From Lama glama (Eukaryota), in NCBI GenBank assembly GCA_028534125.1, contig CM052837.1, forward strand, positions 36,208,001 through 36,272,000: a stretch of 64,000 nucleotides of DNA, read 5' to 3'. Below, piece after piece: positions 47,501 through 59,900 of the stretch (positions are counted from its first letter, which is position 1; every line of letters starts with the position of its first letter). Both the position numbers and the translations under genes were made by a program. The notes under the pieces are model-generated. The model was given only the letters and a program-made list of their open reading frames with translations, was not told the origin of the DNA and did not search any database.

Positions 47501-49189
47501 CCCACCCCTGGATCCTGAGCCTCACTCCAGCTTTCACTTGACGTTTAACCAGCACCTACCATGGGCCGGGCATTTTGCTAGCAGACAGACTAGCCTACAA
47601 GTAACCTCATTATCGAAGTCGGAGCTGCAGGCACAGGTGCCACCACATGGCACAGACAAGGGACACCCTTACATGAAGACGCAACACCCACGCTAAGACC
47701 CCAGCCTCTGGGAGGAAGCCCAGGGCCACAAGCACCTGGGGCTCCATGCAGAGGGCAGCAGGCACCCAGACCAGAGGGGCACGATTCCGTTCTGGAAACT
47801 GGGGCGAACGGGCTGTGAATGTGGGGAGGACAAGGGAGGTGGGCAGGGACCAGACATCACAGGCCACCTAGCAGGTGGGGGCCCTGAGTGTGGGGGGGGC
47901 TTCAGGCTTCACCAGGTCATTCCAGTCCAGGTCGCTGACACCTGGGAATCCTACAGGACAAAACTCTCCTGACCTGCACCCTCTTATCTGGGGTCACCTG
48001 TCACCAGCAGCCAAGCCCAGGGCTGACTGACGCTGAATTCAAGAAGGGAGCAGCCAGGGCTGCAAAGGGGGGATGTAAAAAGGGCAGAACGGGGCCCCAG
48101 CACCCTGACAAGGGCGCAGCGTCGGGGCGGGCAGTGCTGGACTCGTCTAGGGAGTGAGAGACCAGACCAGCCGATGCTTCAGCAACGAGGGCCCACAGAC
48201 AAGGGGCGGCACTCATTGCACCGGCAATTTTCACCAGAAGGTGAAACTGTTACAACCAAAACAGAGAGCTGGGACCCCCTGCTCCTTGCAGGGGTGAGGT
48301 AACTTTTCAGTCTCTGAATTTCCTGAAAATATTTAAGTAGCATCTGAAGCGATCATTTTTACTGGTTAGAGTGTGACTTCGTCCCTTTCCAGACCAAAGA
48401 CCACGTGTCTGCAGAGACGACGCAGAGCAGTCCTCAGAGGGCAGTGCCCCCAGCCCGGCCCTGAGGCCCGGGAGGGAGGCTGGGAAGGGCAGAAAATGTC
48501 CAGCAGCCCAGATGTTACTCCAGCAGGGCTCCTCAACAGAGAGACGGGAAAGAAAGAAAAAGACTCAGAAGGAGGGACCCTCAGGTTAGAAGTGGCGGCA
48601 GGTGGGCCCGGCGGACTCCTAACGGATCCCAGCAGACAACGTGGGACTCGCCTCAGGGGCCCATGGGGCTGCAAGGGATCCTGCGGTCGCAGGTTGTGTC
48701 CAGGGATCCGGGCTGACACACGTGTGGGATTGCGGAGGGGCTCAGGATGGCAACGGGGGTGTAGCTGACTCCGAGTCAGGTAAGAACAAGTGACCAGCAG
48801 AGCCCAGGAGCCAGAGGGGCTCGTGACCCTGCTTTCTGCTTCTGTACCAGCTGAAAACTCCCCACTGAAAAGGTAAAACAGGTAGAGGAGCAAGAGAAAG
48901 CCTCGCAGCGCCCTCCGGCCAGTGTTGACATCGCACCCATGAGGCCAGCGCGCCCCTTTCAAGTGGGGAACGACGGATGGCAGATTTGGAAGAGGAGACT
49001 AAACACAGCCCCTCCTGCCGTGAGCGCCCCGGGAAGCCCGCCGGGCGAGCAGACAGCAGGGCTGCGGACAAGGGGGGCTGCCTCCAAAGGGGGCCCTCAG
49101 CAGAGCCCCCAGGATGCTGGGCCCAGGCCGCGCCTGACACGACCCAAACACAAGCACCCGAGGCAAAGAGCCCAGCGCGCAGTTCTTAC

Positions 49190-49312
49190 CAGCAGATTCT
49201 GCACCAGCTCTTTCACATTAGCGGCTGTCTCTGTGGACTGTTTACCGGAGGAAGCCAGTTTTATTAACGTAGATAAAAAATTTTTACATTTCTTCACGTT
49301 TTCCATAGTTTC
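49190..49312 (-). CDS. TAF4: TAF4 exon 5 (TAFH; ETMENVKKCKNFLSTLIKLASSGKQSTETAANVKELVQNLL)
   Basis: atccag acceptor, CTG|gtaaga donor, 123 bp. Confidence 0.97.
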
Positions 49313-50175
49313 CTGGATACAAGTTAAAAAGATAAAAGAGGGGAAGTCTTAAAAGGCAGATTTTCCTCACAGCTTTGGTTTAACTAAGACACGTACATCA
49401 CATAAGAAATCTGTGTTTCTTCCCTAAACTTCTTTCAAGAAAATGCAGTAACTCTCACGGCCTGACGATGGGGGTATAAGCCAGGACACATGCTCTGCAG
49501 GGCCGTCCCCAGGTTTACTTCTCTCTCAGCCAGCAATCCGACTGGCAGGGACGTAATTAAGTAAAACACCGATAAATGTGGAAAAGATGATCTGTAGGTG
49601 TTCGCGTGATGCTGCGTGTCACAGAGGAGGGCTGACATGTAAGTGCACAGTAAACGGAAATGAATTACGACACGGCTGCTAAAAGCGGAAAACACTTAGC
49701 AAAGAAACACGAGAAGAGCAAGTCATAAATAAAGTGCAATCCCACTGATTCAGAGATTCGTCCGTGTGCAGGAAAACTGCTGGAGATACATAAAAACGGG
49801 TGGCACCGCCGTCTCAGAGCACAACCTCTGTGCAGTCCACGTCACTCCTGTGAAAGCACCCGGTCTGGGCTTTGGTCACGTGGACGTCTCCACGGCCCAA
49901 AAGCCTCGTGCAGGGTGATGGGGTCCTTCCCACAGCCCTGCAGGGGCCACTGCCCTCGGACCCCACCTCGTGTGGGGGCCCAACACACTCGTGTGTCTGG
50001 GCCGTGGCTCCCGGGGTCGCCAGTGCTCTGAGGCAGCACAAATAAGACACACGGCCCCAAACAGCCCCCGGGGCCTTCGAGGAGAGGGAGGCGCATGCAG
50101 GCGGGCAGGCGTGACCGCAGGCGCAGGGCCCGGGCGGCGGGGAAGGCACTGAGAGGCGTGGGAGGCGGCACTCAC

Positions 50176-50295
50176 CGTGGCAGCTGTGGAGGTGGTGGTG
50201 GCCCCTGGGACCGTTCGCTGAGGTGTCCCCGTCTGAACAGCTGTCGCCGTCCCGAGTGAAGTTGTCTGGGCAGCACCACCCAGGACAAGCTGAGG
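50176..50295 (-). CDS. TAF4: TAF4 exon 4 (PQLVLGGAAQTTSLGTATAVQTGTPQRTVPGATTTSTAAT)
   Basis: ttgtag acceptor, ACG|gtgagt donor, 120 bp. Confidence 0.95.
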
Positions 50296-52514
50296 CTACA
50301 AGAAGCCAAAACACGAGGTCAACAGAGGCTCCCCCGCGGGACCCACGCCAGCCCCCGGCCCCGAGGCTGCCTTCCCCTGCACCGAGGAAGGCACGCTTCA
50401 CTCCTGCAGCAAAAATGGCCAGAAATGAAGCCAATGTCTGGAAAGAACCTGGCTATCAGAAGTCGACCCTGCAAGTCACATGGCAACCATACAAATAATC
50501 TTTAAATAACCACACCAGATCCCCCATCTCAGAAATTAAAAGGACAAAACAGAGAAACTGCAGTCAAAACCCCATCATCTGGTTCGCACGGGGAGGCTGC
50601 AGACAGGAAAGCCAGGACCCTGCGCACACGCGGGCAGCCCGGGTGGGGTCAGCTGGGGTCCCGGCCCCTCCGCTGCCAGACCGACCTTTCTTTGCTCTCC
50701 AAAAGCGGTCACATCAAGAACACCCTGGAAAGGGGGGTTTCAGAGCAGACGGGAGGACCGAAGGGTAGGCAGTGTTGGGAGGAGGGGCCACTTTGCTGTT
50801 ACAAATATATTTAAGGAAACGAACAGCTAGACGTCGGACAACTGAGGCAGTTCGAACGCTGGCCTCGGTAGTGTTTCTGAGATTTCTGTTCTACGTGAAC
50901 ACGCACAACGCAAGTATTCACTGTCTTTTCTTTTAATCAGCACTCTTCCAACTTAAAAATTCAGCCTCCTTCAGTTTTCCAGTGTAACTGTCTTAGGACT
51001 TCCGATGGCAGGGGCAGTGCAACCCTGAGCACGACGGCGAGCAGCTGGCCGAGCGAGCAGGGCTGGGCGCCGGGCTGGCCCCGCGGGGGGGGCGGGGGGG
51101 AGGAGGGGGCCGCTTCTTCTCGGTGGCTGGGGTTCTCTCCTACTTGTCACTTAGGCCTGCGTTCTTTTGTAATTACAAAACATCAAAGAAGAAACTTCAA
51201 GGGAGGGAAAGTACGAGGACCGACCACAGCTGTCTCGGGAGCTGAGCCTGGACACCCAGAAACAGCCCGGGCACTGCCGTCCCTGGCGCCCCCTTCACGT
51301 CAGGACTGACTACACACTCGCTTCTGCTGGTCGGATGAACACGCATCTCACCAGACGACTGAGATTGTACCTGTTTTGATAAACTTATCTTCCACTAAAC
51401 TGGAAACAAAAACTGGCCCTGAGCTTCCCGACCTTGGAAAAGGCTCCTTTCACTAGATCTGAAGGTCAGACTCGCCAACCAAGCTGAGCTCGGCCAGAAG
51501 ACCTGGTCCCGGGACGTGGCCATCGCCTGGACAGCTCCTGACGCGGGGCAGACAGCTGAGCTCACTTACTTGGGACCCAACTGCTCTCGCAGCTGTTTTA
51601 AAAAAGCAGCGTGGCCGCTGCCGACACAGCAAATGGGGACGGGACCGGGGAGGGTGGGTAGAGCCTGGGGCCCCCGCAACCTCTCAGCCTCGCTCTCCTC
51701 CCAGGGGAAGTGGGCACCGTGCGGCCCGCAGCTCTGCGGGAGGCGGTGGGGGGGACACCTGCTGGAACAGCAGACTCGAGATCACTGTAAAAACAGGAAT
51801 GGTGTGGACAGCGGGCTCCCACCTGGCCGCCCCCAGAGGCCGCATCCTGGGACCGAGGGGCCAGCCAGTGCCCAGCCACCCGCCTCAGCTCCGCAGACCA
51901 GAGGCTGCCATCAGGAGCATCAGAACCCGCCGAGAGAGGCCAGCACCTGAAAACCCTGCCTTCCCACAGCTTAAAACGCTATTTAAAGACCCAAAAAACA
52001 CACCAGCCCCGTGCGTTCAACAGGGGACATTTCTGGAACAGCACTTCACCGCTGGTAAAGGTGCGGCAGCGGGAGAAAGCTTCAAAGCACCTCTCACGCC
52101 CCACGTGTCCAGGGCCCGTCAGCAAGGGGTGTTGTGAGAATTGCACACATGAACACGCACACACAGGGAGGACGCATGCGTCTGGGCCGCGAAGCCCGGA
52201 CAAGGCCACAGGCGCCACACACGAACAGTCCACTGCCCATCTCTCCTGCTCAGAGATGCCTCACCGCCAACTCTGAATGAGGTGACACTTTTAACTGGAC
52301 TTCTAGCTGAGGGGGAAGCACTCTTAAAGAATGCTGCTGGTGTCAATTCCGCTTGGCTTTAAAGAAAAGAATGCCAGCCTGCCTGTGTCAGTGGTCAGGG
52401 AAGCACCTCCTTCAGAAAGTCCCTCCTCCCCAAGCTCTAAACCTTGACACCCAGCACCCGAGCCTGCGAGGCCTGACCCCTGATCAAGGCCGCCGCGCGG
52501 AGCCACGGCCTCAC

Positions 52515-52634
52515 CTGAACTCCGGGCGAGCGCTGGAGCGCTGCGGTGGGCTGCACCGTTGTCTGGGCCTGAGACACTTGCTTGATTATGGTCGTTGGGG
52601 TCACCTGCCGTGCAATGATGGGGGTCCCAGGTGC
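52515..52634 (-). CDS. TAF4: TAF4 exon 3 (APGTPIIARQVTPTTIIKQVSQAQTTVQPTAALQRSPGVQ)
   Basis: tttcag acceptor, CAG|gtgagg donor, 120 bp. Confidence 0.95.
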
Positions 52635-53259
52635 CTGAAAAACAAGGAGTTGTCATCTAAAAGGAGAGACAAGTGAGTAACACCCCGCCGCCTGGCGCCC
52701 CCAACAATCAGCCCTCTAGCACACAACCAGTACGCTCACGGGCGCCTACAAGTTTATTCACGATCCTCAGGGAGGCCGTCCTGGTTCCATACGTTTCTTA
52801 CTAAAGTAAAAGGGTCTGATCAGAATCTTCATACACCGTACTCAGCAAAGGAGGCTACTTGTGAATCTCCGAGCACCCCCACGCCCTCTGCCTACAGCAC
52901 AGAAGCATCAACTCCAGAGGCAACATGGCTCAAGTCACAGGAGAAAAGACTTCAAGACCATTCTCATCTCCACTTTAGTTACTACCTGCAGCCAGCTCGG
53001 AACAGCAGAACCGTAGCATCAGACAGGCAGGCATCAGGAGACAAGAATAGGAAGGGGTAAGGGCATGGCACCAGCCCAGGTGGAAATTAAGAAGCCGGAC
53101 ACTGGAGGAGGGGCACGTCCTAGGCACTCGGCTTTGAGCGTCAGAGTCCGTCATCCCGCCACAGTCTCAGGGTCAGGGCACGAACCCCAAAGGCCCAGAT
53201 GTCCGTGGGGTGGGTGGGTGCTGTTCACATCATCCCGTGATGTTCTTACCTGCCTCCCG

Positions 53260-53415
53260 GATAGTAAGAGCTAACACTGACTCAGCGTCCACCCTGCTCC
53301 ACTGGCCTTAGCCCTGAAATGCCCTAACTCGGCCCTTGTACCAGCCCTATGGGAGCAGCACTGGGAGGAGCTCCACTCTGCAGAAGAAGAAACTGAGGCA
53401 CAGGAGCTGAGTCAC
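53260..53415. mobile_element. MIR SINE
   Basis: agtaagagctaacactgact...ccagccctatggga...ctctgcagaagaagaaactgaggcacagg. Confidence 0.7.
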
Positions 53416-53486
53416 GGGAGAGGAAGGACGGGGCCAGGACACAGGGCTCTCCTCCGGTAGGGCCGCCCAGACGCGCACACACTCAC

Positions 53487-53653
53487 CTGCACGGTGGAGA
53501 TCTGCACGGGGGGGGCACTTGTGGGGGTGGCCGGCCGGGGCGCCATGGTGGTCTGAGGCTGGGCCTGGGCGTGGGCCTGGGCCTGCATCTGGGCCAAGGC
53601 CTGCTGAGGAATCATTAACAGCTGCCCGTTCTCGCTGCGCACGAGGACCATAC
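53487..53653 (-). CDS. TAF4: TAF4 exon 2 (MVLVRSENGQLLMIPQQALAQMQAQAHAQAQPQ...QISTVQ)
   Basis: ccccag acceptor, CAG|gtgagt donor, 167 bp; everything to the right is intron 1. Confidence 0.96.
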
Positions 53654-56214
53654 CTGGGGGGGAGGAGACGGCGTCAGGACACGTGCCCCGAAGGCCCAGA
53701 CTCTCTCGGGGAGCCGGACAGCTCTGAGGAGTGAGAGGGGAAGTTGTAAACGTGCAGAGCAGACGTGCCCACAACGATGGTGCACAGGATGGAGCCAACG
53801 CAGGGCATCCTCGTGGGCTTGGAATGGCAGCTCAGACCCATCCGTCAGCAACCAGGCAGCGAAGCTCCTGGAGCCACACTGGCAGCCCCTCGGCCACCCT
53901 GTACGGCCTGCAGATGAGGAGGCCAGGACAGCAGGCCAGGACAACAGGCCAGGGGCCTGGTGTGAGAGTGCCCACGGCTGCCCAGCACGGCCAAGTTCAC
54001 AAGGCAGCAGGTGTCAGGCGAGAGGTCATGACTGGAGCCTCAGACCCCAAGCCCTGCCCTAGACCCCACAGCCAGCCCACCCCGACCCCCACTGCCTGTC
54101 TCTGGAGGCAGCCTGACCTCCTCTCCCGCCCCACGGGCTGAGCTGGGCCCCAGGGGACAGCACCCCCACAGCCGCGCCCTTGGGCTTCCCTGCCTGGAGT
54201 CCTGTGAAGCCCCAAAATCTCCTTCTTCGAGCAAGACCCCTCTTGGATGCAAGGCCAGGTGTGCCCAGGGCGACCCAGGACGCCCACCACGGGGACACAG
54301 ACACGGAGCAGCGCTCACTCTTCATGCTGCTTCAGCTAAGCTGCTGGAACGCAAATCAGAGCGGTCAGGTTTGGCACTAACATGAGCTTCAAAACCACCA
54401 ACCGATTATACCTGAGACCTCACCTGGAAGAGCAGCACACTCACGCTGAACTTCCCAGGACAGCCACTGACGGAGCCGCAGGGGCCCCACAGGCACTGAG
54501 ACACCACGCTTCCCGGAGCGAGGCCTCGGCAGAGGGCGGCACCGAGCAGCCACTGAAGGACAAGGCGCCGGGCCAGGGTCGCCCGGGGAGCCGCTGCATG
54601 GCAGCCCCTGCACCCCTGCTCAGAGACTGCGCTCAAAGTGGTACCCAAGCCTGAGGACCTCCTGCCGGCCATCACGGCGGTGACATCAGGCACCCGCTCC
54701 CAAACCAAACGGTAGTCGGAGCCAACTTAGAAGTCAGAGGGTGCTGCGTCCCGGCTCCTCCAAACCCATCACGACATCAGGGAATGACAGGCCTCTCCCT
54801 GGGTTCAGGTCTACAACTCTTGACCCAGAAGAACCACGTTCATGCCCATTAAAAGAGCTTCCCCTCAAAACAGCCCTTTTAAAAGAAACTATGCTGAAAT
54901 TAAAAAAAAAAAGTCTCCTGCCAGTAACTCCCTCCACTGAAGCCTCTGCAACCCGGGCGCCTGCTGAGGCGCAGGCGGAGCGGCCTGGAGGGCCCGGGGC
55001 AGCCGCGGGCAGTGGAGTCGGGGCTGGCCCACCGGGGGGTGACACAGCCACGCAGCCAGGCCCACAACCACGCCGGCGGCCCCGGAAGAGGGGACTCGGT
55101 GGGCGCCCAGCTGTCCCCGTCTCAGACGTCCCAGGAGCCACCGCTGCAGCTGGCTGGGGAGAAGGGCAGCCGAGCAGGCCCCGCAGGCCCCACGGCTGGC
55201 AACCCCGATCTCAGACCTGCTCACGTAGCAGCTGATGTGAACACCTTGATCATCGGGTGGCTTTCTGCTTACAAAATAATGTATATGCGAAAAAGGAATA
55301 CTTATGTAGTAATACCCATGGAACAGCAACGTGGTTATTAACATGCCGATGAAGTAAGTGGCTTTTGGACACAAACGTCTGAAAAAACGGACACTGGGGC
55401 AGAGCGCCGCGCCCTTGGCGAGAAGAAAGCTGGGGACGGAAGCAGACGCCCACCCAGCAGCGACGGCATGACCTCACGAGAAACGTCTCGAGCAGGTACA
55501 TAAAAGGTAAGCGAGAAACGGGACGGCCGCCACCGGGCATGAAGGCCGCATGGCCGCAGCCTCAGGAACACCGCGTGGCTCCCCAGGGGAGGGAGGCCGA
55601 CTACACAGGGCCAGCGGGGCGGGGGCCGTCCTGGGACACTCTTCCCTGTCAGCCCCCCAAACCCAGTTACAACAGCTCAGTCACTGATTCAACAAAAGCA
55701 GTCAGCCGCGCACGTGGCACCCCAGGGGGTCAGAACAGACGCCAGCACCGCACACCCGCAATAACGACACTGTCACTGTCCTGGATCTTGTAAACTCCGG
55801 TTAAAACCACTCATTGCAGACAGGTAACTGTGCAGCATCTATTCACGCAAAGGCGAAAAAACACAGCTTTGCCTCAAAATGTAACTGAAATGAGCTTTAG
55901 ATGAAAGGTCACGAGGAAGCAGTCTCCTGCGCTTACCGCGGCACCTGCCACCCAGTGCCTCGAGGCCCCCGTCACCAGCCCTCTGCGTGTGCAGCTGCGG
56001 CTCAGGGGGTGGCCCAGGAAGGGCCCCACAGCCAGCGGGTGACTGGCTCCCCTGAGGGTGCCCAGACACCGAGGGCCCACTGCACGCTCCCTGGCAGTTT
56101 GGCTTCAACAGTGGCCGAGAAAAGAGCTGCACAGACACTTCTCTGGCCCTTAAATCAGGGAAGGAGACGTCCGCCCTGTCACAGCACACGTAACTTCTAT
56201 TTCAGAGGCCCCTC

Positions 56215-56335
56215 GGGGGGGGAGGGTGCAGCTCAGCAGTGGGGCGCACACGGGGTACTGGGTTCAATCCCTGGTGCCTCCATTAATAAATAAATAAACC
56301 CAGTTACCTCCCCCCAAAAATTAAAACAAAAAATC
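56215..56335 (+). mobile_element. tRNA-derived SINE (camelid vic-1-like)
   Basis: ggggagggtgcagctcagcagtgg head, B box GGTTCAATCC at 56261-56270, (AAAT)n tail, degenerate TSD cagaggcccctc/caaaggcccttc. Confidence 0.8.
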
Positions 56336-58629
56336 CAAAGGCCCTTCAGACTCCCTGAAGGCAGTGAACAGGTGAGGCAGGAGCCAGGGACCAGGCCGCC
56401 CCTCCTGACCCAGCCAACCCCCCGGCCCAGGCCGCCGCCTGCACCCCTCACCCCCAGGTCCCCTCTTCCACTCGGGGCACTCTAAAACCATAACCAGACA
56501 ATTGCATGACCCACAGTCATGACGCATGCAGTTCAAGCAGCCAGAAAACAACTCAGGTTTTCTCTTTAAATAACTTTCCTGTCTTTCTCAGTAAAGAGCA
56601 AGTATTTATGTCAGGAAACCAAGAACTGTGGAGATGCACAAGGAACACAGAAGCCTCCTGAGCCTCCGCTGGCTGATTCCCTTGCGTTCCCGGGCCCACG
56701 TGCAGATGTGTGACAGCTGTGGTTTGATGACCATAAAGAAAACTGAGGTCATTTTGATGATACCCAGTTTGGTATTTTCTTCTTTTCAAAACCACAATCT
56801 TCAGTGGCTACGTGATATTTCATACAAAATACATTCACAACTCCTTCATTGGTGAGGACAGGCTACTTTCTATTTTTTGTTACTGTGGAAGCACAGGTGT
56901 TTAAACTACAACGCGCAGCACAAAACCGGCACCAGAAGTTTGAAGGCACCCTGCGTGGTGGTGACCGAGCCCCCGTGTGCTCGGAGTAACAGGCCGTGGC
57001 GCCCGCCTGCAGAGCCAGCGAGCCACCCCCACCCCGCGGGACCAGCCCGCGAGCTCTGTGGGGCGCCGTGTCCCCCGAGCCTGAGCACAGCCAATGGCTC
57101 CTGAAGACTGAATCCCACCGTCCCTCACGCACCTGAGTTCAAGGTCAACTCGCGTGCTCTTCCCCATCGTGAGTGGTTCCCATCCCTTTCATGTCAACAT
57201 TTTTCACTGTATTTTCAGCCAAAATGTAGGTCAGCCAAAGCTACACAGAGTCAACAGGCATTTTCCGGCTGGCCAGGGAACCTCTACCTGGAAGACATCA
57301 CTCGTGGGCAAACACTCCTCAGCACAACCTTCAGGAGCTCCAGGCCCCGACCTCACCCTGTCCCACAAGCCTCCTTCCCCTGGGCTCGGGGGCCCACGGC
57401 CCAGGGAACGGCGGCTGTGATGGCACGAGCAGGGACCAGCAGCCGGGTCAGAGACCAGGCCCAGCCCTCACCACCACCCCCAAGGCTCCCAGCACTGTCC
57501 CCTGCCAGGCTGCGCTGAGGGGCTGCAAAGACGGGGACAGAGGGCAGGCCCCCACAATCAACGGGCCCCCAACCCCCGATATGGACACTAAAGCCGCAGA
57601 GAAACGCCGCCCACCCTGTGACACAGCCTAGAACGCACTCCTGAGGGCTGCGCCCGCTCAGCGTGTCCGCGGGTGCGGGGAGCTGGGTGGCCTCCCCGAG
57701 GCCGTACAGCCCCAGACCAGGGTGGACGGTGGCCCTCCTGCCATGCCCCCTCCCCTAGCCCTGCCTGAGCCCCCCTCCAGCAGGCCCCACCTACACCAGC
57801 CGGGTCCCCCAGCTACACCAGTGCAAGCAGACTCGGCAAGACGCCAACTCGGAGCCTGGGAAGCAGCTTTACATTCAGCCTAAATGGGCCTTTTACTCTT
57901 TCGGCTGTTCGTCTTTTAAATCACCCAAAGTGCGTGCTGAATCCTGCAGAAGCCCTGACCGCTGAAAAGCTGGCGGTGCGGGGGTGGTTTAAGATGTGAG
58001 TGGGCGGGGCGCCTGTGTCCTGACTGCACATCCCCCCAGACCTCAGCTTGGAGGGAGGGCAGAGCATGCTGCCACCCTGCAAGGGCCCAGTTCACGTCCA
58101 GTTCACCAGGGGACTGGGCCCCAGCCCCGGGTCCCAGGGTTTCCCTCCTTCAAGAGCATCTGGTCAGCGTCCTGCCTGACCACGCCGTGGGAACACTCCT
58201 CCCCACCTCGTCCACAACACCGCACAATTCCGACCACCGTTCCTGAAAACTCTCTCTCCCCCCGAAGCAAGACGCCGGCGGGGGGGCGAGGGTCAAGCAG
58301 GGACACAACCTCGGCGGTGAAGGAGGCCCAGCCCCGACCCGGCGCCCTCTTCTCCGCGAAGGCTCATCTTACTTCTTCAAGGGGCATCTGCGCGAAACGG
58401 CAGACGCGCAGCACGTGTTGCTTCTAAAACCGGTTTCCCACTAAGCCAGATGTTTTCTGTTTCATCGTTTCAGGGAGCAAATTTAAGGCTCAAAGCAGGA
58501 ACAGCACGGGAGGAAGTGCCGGTGCTGAAGTCTAGGAGCAGCGATGTGGCTGCATTTGTGAACATCCCGCTGCAGGCGAAGCACCTGCAGCTCCCGCCCA
58601 CCCAAAAGCTGCTGCGAAGTCACACACTG

Positions 58630-59900
58630 CAACTCGCACGCTGACAACTACAAAAACAGGCTGAGAGAAATTAAGGAAGACCTAAGTCAGTGAAGAGATT
58701 CACCACGCCTTGTTCACGGGCTGGGAAACTCAGACGGTTGAGATGTCAACTCCCCTCAAACTCATCTGCAGGTGTAGCACAGTCCCCCCGAATCCCGGCA
58801 GCCATGCGTGTGGGAACAGACACGTCTACTCTAAACTCACAGAGAAATGCAAAGGTCCGCAAGCTCCAAAATGCTATCGAAAAGAGCAAGAGTCAGAGGA
58901 CTGGCACTGCCTGTCTCAGAGATGTGCTAGAAAGCCACAAGGGTCAGGGCGGAGAGCTGACACCAAGTTAAACAGCAGATCAGTGGGACGCAACGGAGTC
59001 CAGGAACAGCCTGCACACACGTGGACAGCTGGGTTTTGGCAAAAATACAAAGGAAATTCAGCAAAAAAATAACAAGTCTTTTCAAAAAACAGGGAACAAG
59101 CGAACATCCATACGAAAAACACTGGCTGGAAGCCACACCTCACGCTACGCACCAACACCACCTCGAAGGGAATCCCAGGCGTGAATGCAAGCCCCAACCC
59201 TCGAACACTCCCGGACAAAGACACAGGGAAGAGCTCGACGCGGGTTATGCAAAGACGTTCCAGATATACCACCAGGAAAACACCCGTGAAGGAACAAGCT
59301 AACGAACTGGACTCGCCGAACCTCAAAACGCCTGCTCTTCAGAAGACACCACTGCGCAGAGAGACAGGCCCTGGGCGGCAGCACCTCTGCAGGGCGTGGA
59401 GCTGGTCACGTCCGGAGCACGCAGAACCTAAACTCCACGCGAGAAAACAAACCGCCTGGGACTGGCAGGGGCAAGAGAGTTAAACAGAAGCTCCACCAGA
59501 GAAGACACACAGAGGCAAAGCAGCAGGGAATGCACGCTCAGCGTCGCTGCTCATCAGGAGCCTGCGAATTAACCCCACAACGCAATGCCGCTGCACGCCC
59601 TCCAAATGGCCGAGAGTAGAAGGACGGACCATCCCAGGGCCCGAGGAGGCAGGGGAGGGATCAGGGTTCGCAACGTACCCTGCGGTTCCCTATAGAGCTC
59701 AACCCTCCCACCCCTAGGTGCTCAAACAAGAGAAGACGAAGAACAAGCCCCTGCAAAAGCCCCAAACGGGAAATACACCAAACGTGCAGCAGCAGGCGAG
59801 GACAACTTCCGACCCACCCACACGACAGAACAGCACTCCCAGGTGAAACGGGACGAGCCGACACACGAGCAACCAGGACGAACCTGCCGCCGCAGAGGAG
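58630..59900 (+). mobile_element. Decayed L1 ORF2 3' part
   Basis: ctgagagaaattaaggaagacctaa, gatgtcaactcccctcaaactcatctgc, aagtcttttcaaaaaac, ccaccagagaagacacacagaggcaaa. Confidence 0.8.

Noticed and set aside
56215-56290. tRNA gene
   Set aside because: A/B boxes present but no cloverleaf; A-rich tail and TSD indicate a SINE
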